This document shows, piece after piece, positions 54,331-64,000 of a stretch of 64,000 bases of DNA. The notes beneath the pieces are model-generated. The model was not told the DNA's origin. It was given only the letters and a program-made list of their open reading frames with translations, and did not search any database. Source of the stretch: the human T2T-CHM13v2.0 reference genome, Homo sapiens; NCBI RefSeq assembly GCF_009914755.1, contig NC_060929.1; one strand, 5' to 3'. Within the stretch, counting starts at the first letter, position 1. Every line of letters starts with the position of its first letter. The position numbers and the translations under genes are program-made.

Positions 54331-57300
54331 TGACTTCAATTGTCCCATTGGCAGCAAAGTGTATCACAACTAAGACACTGATGGCCAAAGGTAAATGGAA
54401 TATTGTATATCCCCTAGAAAAAAAGTCTCATCCTCAAAGTTTCTATATTATATAGATATATATCTAAACTGTTTGTCCTTGCTAAAAAGATTTTTTAATA
54501 TAAAACACTGGAAATTTTAGTAAGAAATTAGATTACAAAAACAAGCAAATTTATAAATAATTTGCCAAAAATTGTTTATAAAAGATATGGCAAATTATAA
54601 AAGATCTATATGCATAAAGCACATTTTAAAAAATGTTTAGGTTCATGGGTAAGATTTTTGGAAATAATTTAAAGTGCTTTTCCAGAGCATGTTAGATAAG
54701 TATTCTAAAAAATATGTAATAACAAACATTTCTACATTAAGGAAAAATGTGTTTTAAAATCTAAATTAGTTTTATTCAACTTTGTATCCTCTAAGCACAA
54801 GGCAAAGCACAAAGTGGTCAACCATTAAATGGTACATTATGTGATTAATACGTTATGAAAACGTAAAAACACAGTCACCTGTTTTTTTTTTAATTAAAAT
54901 AACTTAATTATATTCTTATTCAGGAATGCCATGTGCTTATCTGAAAAGTCAAAAAACACAGAATACAATCAGAAAAACAAAGCAAAATCATTTGAAAACA
55001 CACAATTTCTATTACCATAATTTTAGCATGCAGTTAAACCAGTCACATAATTAATTTTCAATAAATGGGATCATATTGCAGATTGCTTTTATCATGAATG
55101 CTTTTTTTTAACACTATATTTTTTTTTTACTTTCTCCATTTTTATTCCTCTTTTATTTACCACTCCATTCTTCCAATGCAGGGACAGAAATTAGCAGCCT
55201 CTCTTATAATTTTCTGTACCCTAGATTGTCATATTAAAAATATATCTATCTATTGATCTATCTGCTGCTTATATTTATCTTCAGTTTTTTAATTAAAAAA
55301 AGCATATTTCATTATTTTCTGTGCATACTGCTCTCCACTTAACAATATAATGTATAAATCTCCTCGAGTTAACTGATATATTGTTTTAAGGGCTGCTAAA
55401 TATCCGATTCTGTTTAGTATCCATGGACGTTTTATTTCTTCAAGGTTGGTATGTATCCATCATGAACATAGGTAAAGTACATAATTATTATTCTCTAATA
55501 TTTTCAATGTTTCTGTTTTAAATTTTTATGAGGAATATATTCAGAATATGATACCTGCATTGCATTGGGAATATTTTAAATAGATATTTAATATTATATT
55601 ACCTACAGGCTATAATTCATATTTCCCTAAGGATTTTACTCTTAATTTTTTTTTTTTTGGTCGTTACTTCCATTAAATTTCACTCCCTAGTAACTTTCTA
55701 TTGGTCTCTTCAGTTATCTTTTCAAATAAGTGTTCATTCTTAATTTTTAATTAAAATATAACCTTTTTATATGTCAAATTCTCATACTTGCTGGATTATA
55801 TTGTATTCTCCTTGAGAAAAATGAAAAACTGAATTTAAAAATTAGACTGACACTAATCAGTGATCTTACCCACTCTCAAGCATTATGGATTATTTCAATA
55901 AGACAGGTAGCCACAGACACAGTTGAATCTAGGAGAAGTCTTAGGGCCAGGTCACTTGTTACCACATCGGAGTTGCCTGGACCAGCTTTAAACACATGAA
56001 GCCTCCACTTAATATGTTGGAGTATATTAATCACAAAAATAGACCATTTAGTTCACAAAACATTTCTGTTTTACATTGTTAGATGACACAGTTTTCAGTT
56101 ATATTTACCACAAACAATCTTTAACAACTGGGTATATCTTGGTAAATGTGTTCTGTAAATAAGCAAATTATATTGATATATTAACCAGCATATATATTAT
56201 CAGCATATTTATAAGGAACTAGACTGGACCACCTTCTCCCTTTCTTGAGACATATGCTTCAATAATGGGAAAAAAAATGTTCCACCAATCTTTTTTGGTA
56301 ACAATACCTTGCTGCTTTAATAGTAGTGGCTTTGCATTACATTTACTAGATGGTATGTCAAATCCACCTCCTGATTCTTTGCATAATTTTTTTTTAAATT
56401 TTACAGCTTTACCTTCCTTCCCTAAGAAATGCTCAGGACAGGAAGTACACAAACAACTATGAGTTCTACTCTTTCTATTATATAGGGAGTAGGCTTATAC
56501 CACTTCATATTAGAGTGGTCTGGGACATAATGTCTTAGCACCTACCATTGTGTTACATAAAGTCTACGGTCATCTTTGCTATTCATACAGATGCAGGTGT
56601 TCTTATCCATATAACAGTCTATCATTCAAGAAGACTCTTTGTTATCAAAAGACATAATTTTTTATCACTGTGCCTTATTTTCTTTAATCTAATCTAGTTA
56701 ATAGGAACTGGCTTCTTAACCTTGTATTTACATTTTTATCTAGTTTGAGCTTTTGTGATGAAACTCAGTAGAGCCCTCTTGCTCACCTGCTCGGGCCTTC
56801 CAAGTCAATTGCCTCATTCTTGTGCATTCTCATCCCAATGGATTACCTCACCATCTGTAAACACTCTGCTTTCACAAAATTTCCCAAACGTTTACTAACT
56901 CCCTCCTTGAATTCACCTGTGTTCATCACATACAGTCTTTATATCATCTGTTAGGAAAAATGACTGAAAGAATAATGATTGAATAAAGGATAATTAGAAA
57001 AATGAACAGTTCTTTTAAAATTGAGGAAATACATAGAATGAAAAGCACAAATTGTACTTCATACTTCATGTCTATTTCTATTTATTGTTTGTTTTTAAAA
57101 TGTTTCAGACATAGGGTATAAAATACATACAGTTTAAAGAATAATAACGTAATGAATGTGCATGTATTCAAATTCAGATTAACACACTACTATTTTTTAT
57201 TAACACACTACTAGCATCCTATCGAATACTCCATTTATTTCACACACCATCTTCCATTTTTCAAAAGTCATAGAACACTGGGATAGTGGCCAGGTTATCA

Positions 57301-57560
57301 AGCTTTTTTAACTAAAAGTTTAAGATCTGATATTCTTGGTAAAATCCTTTTTTTTTTTTTTTTTAATCTGCTTTCAAGCTTCCAAAATGTAGCTGTCTTT
57401 TCCTTCCCTGGTAGTTCCTTCTTTTTTGAATTGTTTTTATTTGCTTATCAGAAAGGAGTGAAATTACATATCTGTTCAATTTTCAGACTGATCCAGGTTT
57501 ATGTTTAGATTATTAGTTCATTAATAAATGAAAAGAGCAACAACAGCAACAGTAATTTTA

Positions 57561-58473
<913 letters not shown>

Positions 58474-59859
58474 AAAAATTACATTTCCTCCACCAAATTT
58501 AAAAAGAAAAATATAAATTGAGAGACTTCAATATTGAAATATATCAAAATTGAATATTTGAATTAACAATTCAAATTCTAAAACATTGCTTCTTAAAGGT
58601 CTTTATGAGTTAACAGCATCTCAAAGCTTCAAAAGAGGAGCCTGATTATGCAAATAGCAGAAATTATAAAGCAGTGAGAGAAGAAAAATGAATTTCACAA
58701 TAAATAAGTTCATACTTATCTCTGTGTGTACGATGTTTTCATTAGTTAATAGCAATTGCTAATAAGACTTCATAAGGAGCCATCCATATCTTTCAGATAA
58801 ATACCTTGCAAAACTTTCTGCTAATGTTGCTCCTTTTTTTTTTGCCAAACTCTTTTAGTAATAAAATCCAATTTCTATTTTCAGTCCTTCATTTTTTTCT
58901 TTTTGAATTCCAAAACAAATTATAATATCGTTGAATTTGTATTTATTTAACTATTGCCAACTTTTCTTTCTGTTTTCACAATATATGCACTATATCAAGA
59001 CATTACATCATTTTAGTAAATATTTTATAAATTGTACACATTGTACTAAATATATTTAGTTGCTTACACATATATAAACTTCAAATATATTTATATATAA
59101 ATATAATTATATAAGATATGTTATATATCATATATATATATATACATATATATATTATTTGGTATACAGCCAGAAAATGATTGAAAAATGGAAAGCTCTG
59201 AGTTAAACATGACTGTAACATCATCTCCATAAATAAGTAAAGCTATAAAGAATAACTCCATGAACACAGTACTTTGCTGGAAGCACTGAAGCACCAGACA
59301 AGAAAGACTGAGTTTCTTCTCTAAAGACACCAAAGGTACATTTTATATCCTGCAGAGTGAAAGTGACCTTGAGAAGTTTTCTTTTTAAATCAACTAAAAG
59401 GACAGGCTTTTGACTCTTACCTATTGTCTGTCTACTCAGCATATTAGCATACATCCCAGGCTGGCCTAAGGAGGTCAGAGGTTATCAGCCCTGGTCACAC
59501 AGTATCATCTGAGCTTAGGCTGCTGAGTAAAGCCCAGACTTTGGAATTTCAATAGGTCCCATAATGATTTCAACATACATATAGATCAGAAAACAACTAC
59601 AGGCTAGTGAGTTAAACTAATAGATTTACAGTTCCAGTCCCTTGTTATGCTCAGGAGACAGTAAGTATGTGATATCTGGAGGTCCCAGAAGGTTTCAGAT
59701 ACCAGTAATTTCAATCTCAATATGCGGTGTTCATGGGAAATGGAATTGCTCACACTTCCCTAAATATCCTGGTTTTCTTGTTTGTTTTTTTTCCCCCCAA
59801 CACCTTCATGCACTCACATAAAATTTCTACCAGAAGAGTCCTGTTATCTGTATTTTTTT

Positions 59860-60140
59860 TAATCCTTGAAGGCAATGTAAATGCCACCTTCTCCCTGGAG
59901 GCATGGAGGCGTCTCTTATTTTTCCACTACTCTTTAGATATTTCTACTGGGCTTATATTTCGTTCTGCCTCTTTTGTGTTTGTTGTTGATGACAAGTCCG
60001 TCTTCCTCCATCAGACTGTAAGTTCCTTGGAGACTGTAATATTTTCTCATTTACACATCGTGACATTACCAGCACTTATGTTACCTGCTTGGCATATAGT
60101 GGGACTCATAAAGGGGGCTTTCTAATTTGTAAATTAGTCA
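59860..60140 (+). mobile_element. L2 3' fragment
   Basis: aaatgccaccttctcc...cagactgtaagttccttggag...cctgcttggcatatagtgggactcataa. Confidence 0.65.
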
Positions 60141-60559
60141 ATTGGTTAATATATGTATCTAATTTTTTTTCTAAAAGATGAGCTGTCTGCAATTACCTCA
60201 TTATTTGTAAAATATAACTTATCTATACAGCAGAATAATTTAACAGGCAAAGCTAAAGTAACAACGACTACAAACACATCTTAAAAAGAAATATAATATT
60301 AGTCAACACTTGGTTTTATAGTTTCAGCTATTTTGTATGAAGTTTAATACCTTAGTAACTTCATATTAGTTTCAGGTCTTAAAATATCAAAACACAGTGA
60401 GAAAAATTAGACTATACTAGTGTTTTTGTTTTGTTTTGTTTAAAGTATAATTGGTTTTATTTTTTAACAATAAAAGCTATCATTTTATGAAACCTAACTA
60501 CAATGGTTACTACGGTAGGTACCCTCTAAATTTAACTACTTGGATCCCCACAATGACAT

Positions 60560-60695
60560 ACAAAGCATGCATAAATTTTCTTACCCTACAGATAAGGAAA
60601 TTTAGTCTCAGAAATGGTCAAATGTGACACCCAAATCTCACAGCTTGCAGGGCAGAGGTGTGACTGAACACTGGTGTGCTTTACTCTGACACCTT
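60560..60695 (-). mobile_element. MIR fragment
   Basis: tacagataaggaaatttagtctcagaaatggtcaaatgtgacacccaaatctcacagct...ggcagag. Confidence 0.65.
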
Positions 60696-60820
60696 TGTTA
60701 TTTCTAGCATGCTGTATATAAGATGCTATTTCTAGCATGTATATAAGATGTATATAAGCTGTATATAAGATGTATATAAGCTGTATATAAGATGTTATTT
60801 CTAGCATGCTGTATATAAGA
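60696..60820. repeat. Compound minisatellite (11-bp and 14-17-bp units)
   Basis: Seven TGTATATAAG(A/C) units interspersed with three TG(T/C)TATTTCTAGCA(TGC) units. Confidence 0.95.
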
Positions 60821-61739
60821 ACATCAGATTGCATATTCTGGGCACAAATGTCTGATTTTCCTTTTGTAATTTACCCTTCAGGGAAGTGATACCTCATGCT
60901 GTCTATATGAATCTAGTCAAATTACTCCGTATCTCACAGATCTCAGTTTTCACTCAACAAAGGAAGAAATAATGTTCTTATCATAGAGTCTCTGTGAGGA
61001 TCAAATGAGGCAATGACATGGTTACAAAGAACTAGATCTCAAATGATGGACACCAAATCTGGAATTTTTGTTTTTAAAACAGAAGTGCACTTACATGGAC
61101 AAGGCTCCAGTCTACCTCAAGAGTTCTTCCAGTCTCATTGCTCTAACTTCATTATTCTGTATTTTACATCATCCTATATTTTACTGACTATACCTCTAGT
61201 TTGGCTAATGGACCAGATTAGTGTTTGGTTTTGCTTCATTCATTCATAGTTGAAGTCTTCAACTGGATGTTTTACATTTTGGGATTCCAGACTAATCCTG
61301 ATAGATAATACTGACTTAAAGGCAATGTAAATGCCACCTTCTTTCAGTAGCATTATAGCCTGAGTATAGAATATGAACTCCGTTATGCAAAATAATGCAA
61401 GGGCACGATTAGAAAATCACTATTTTGCATGTAGAGAACAAAGTCTGCCAAAGAAGACAATTGAAATTGTATCTAATAAACTTCTGCAATGTGCACCATT
61501 AGAGCACATCCTCTATCTTACAGGGGAGAAAAGCACCGTAATAAAACATTATGGTGGTAATGTCATCAATTTTAGATTTGAGCTTTATATAGTACCTACT
61601 CCTACACTATAGTCCTGAGTCTGCCCATATTTCTACATATTTTAGATGGGGCATCACTCTGGATGTGTTAGGCTTGATATATAATTTATTATATTTAATG
61701 CATGTGTGTTTTTAAAAGGTACCTTTTTAACCTGTGAAG

Positions 61740-63100
61740 CTTTATGTTTTAATCAGAATGTTTAGATCATTTATGTTTAATGTAATTGCTGATATAGTTG
61801 GTTTCAAATCTGCCATATTGTTCTTTGTGTTCTATGTCTCATATGTTCCTTTATTCTTCCCTTCTTGGCATCTTGTACATTATATATTTTTGTTATCTTA
61901 TTTTGCCTCTTAGACTAGATTTTTTTGTTCTACCTTTTATTACTATACATCTACTGGTTATCTTAGAAGTTTAAAATGTAGCCTTAATATGCTAGAAACA
62001 ACAATACATATTTTTATTATTAGAGACAAGTCAGTATTTTTACAGCATCAAAAACAATGTAAAAATCATTGTAATTAACTTAATTTTCTCTACCTGCTTT
62101 TTCATGATCTTAGTTATGCATTTTGTTTACATATGTCCGATAATGCAAGACGGTATATTTAATATTGCTTTAAATGATAAAAATCATTTTATATTTAATA
62201 GTATTATAAAATATAAAAACCATTCCAGTAATGTTTATTTCTTCTTAGCCTTTTTTGGCTTTAATTTGATATATGCATTTTCCATTTTGAAGGTCTACTT
62301 GGAAACAACCTCTCTTAGCTTTCATTTTTCTGAAAATATTATTATTTCATCTTTACTTTGAAGGACATTTTCACTGGATATAGAATTTTTGTTAATAATT
62401 CTATTGTCTTTCAGCACTTTAAAGTCTTCTGCTGAGACAAACTTTCTGTGGAAAAGTCAGGTTTTTTTCATATCGATAAAAATATGCTTTTTAAAATTTT
62501 CATTAGCTGATTTTAAGATTTACAATTTATATTTCATTCTCTGCAGTTGGTGATGATATTCCTAGGTAAGTTTCTTCTGCATTTCTTCTTGTGGTTTATT
62601 CACTCATGTTCTTGAATAGGTAGTTTGGCGGCTTTTTAAAAGATTTTGAAAATTATTTTCCATTATTTATTTTATAAAATTGCTCTGTTTATTTTTTCTC
62701 TCTCCTCTTTTACTCTATGTTTGTTAGTTTGTCGTGCACTACATCTCTATTACAATCTTTCTCTCTCTTCATTTTTTTCTCTTCCTCTCTTCCATGTTGG
62801 ATGTCTCCTCTTGGATTGTACTCAAGTTTTTGAATCCCATTTTCTGTTCACTAAGACTACAATAGCCTGCTGCTAACTCATGCTTTTTTATACCTTTTGT
62901 CAACTCTTTTCTCTATTTAACTAATCAATCGCCAGTGTTAATTCTTGTGCTTACTCCAATATCTGGATCATTTTCAGGTTCTACTTCCATTGAAAACTTT
63001 ACCTCCTGAATATCACCTGATAGATTTATCTCGTAACATCTCTCATGCTTTTTACCATCTACTGAACATTGTGGAAACTTCTTACTGAGATTTTGGTTAT
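61740..63100 (-). mobile_element. Very old L1M (L1ME-like) fragments
   Basis: tttagatcatttatgtttaatgtaattgctgatatagttgg...tttgaaggacattttcactggatatagaatt...tcagcactttaaa. Confidence 0.6.
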
Positions 63101-63780
63101 GTTGTCTTCTTTGATAATTGTTCTGGTATGCAGACTAATTCTCTTGAATCCCCTTAACCCTGTTGAAACTTGGTTTTTAACCCTGTTGAGACTTGGTTTG
63201 GGGTCAATTAGGGCAGATTTATTTCTGTTAGTTCTTTTCCTTAGTGTTCCTCAAGGCCTCAATTAAATTCAGAATCCTCTCTAAGTTATATTTGTCCAAA
63301 ATGAGCTCATACATCAAAGAACTGTCAGCATCGTGTGACCTCTGATATGTTATTTGATTCCCAGTCTCCCAGTATCTGTTCTCTCCTAACTATGTAAACT
63401 TTAGCCTTGAATAAGTATAGTTGAGGACAACTAAAGGATTTTTACACAGATATTGGAAACTGGCATATGTAGTTTCTACTTTTCTCGTATCCTGTCTCCA
63501 AAACTTAGCTGTTATAGCTGCCATGGTTTCCAATCTCTCTTTCATCCATGTAACATTATAGCCATTATTTTAACTTACTTTATATTTTCCTGTGCACCTT
63601 TGAAAAACATACTCAGGGAAAATGCTGAAATAAATGTGAAAACTCACCTTTTATTCTTCTCTTATGCTATCTATCATCTATCTATGTTGTCTAGATTTAA
63701 TAGCTGTTTAAGATAGAAGGCAAACTTGCTAATAGCTACTCTATCATAAGTAGAATGGAAACATTCTTATTTAATTTTTT

Positions 63781-64000
63781 TTTCTTCTGTACAACCATAA
63801 TGGCTTTTCTCTATTCCATGCCTCAAGGTAGACTAGCAATGAATTGACTCAGAACTAAACTGGATTAGCCTGAAAGAATATTTGATTTCTACTTGCCTTT
63901 TATGACTGTCAAATGGATTCCTCCAGAGGACAAAATCAGAGGGAAGAATGTTCATTTTATCCTTATGGCCTTATGTCAACCAGACAGATCAAAGGATCTG
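63781..64000 (+). repeat. Dispersed direct repeat, copy B (runs off the window end)
   Basis: 94% identical and ungapped to 52901-53120. Confidence 0.97.

Overview
AT-rich primate (very probably human) genomic DNA with no protein-coding exon. The one gene feature is a minus-strand non-coding first exon and promoter at about 49.2-49.5 kb: a consensus donor CAAG|GTAAGT at 49222/49221, a CCAAT box, a TATA-like box and a small CpG cluster. I recognise the exon from memory (unverified) as the 5' UTR exon of CDH9 (cadherin-9). On that reading, bases 1-49221 are intron 1 and about 49.4-64 kb is upstream flank. The rest is retro- and DNA-transposon debris: six Alus, four primate L1PA 3' ends (two with twin-priming inversions, one L1PA2-type), old L1M/L2/L3/MIR pieces, a near-complete MLT1A MaLR provirus, several solo LTRs, MER1B/MER2/Tigger4a, and microsatellites. 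All listed ORFs appear to be repeat-derived or chance. I found no convincing novel biological system. The best leads are an unexplained ungapped duplication of at least 220 bp at 94% identity in the upstream flank (52901-53120 vs 63781-64000), a perfect 22-bp tandem duplication in the promoter, a young inverted L1PA2 about 8 kb upstream of the exon, and several fold-back or templated-insertion signatures. Repeat family names are by eye and old-repeat boundaries are approximate.
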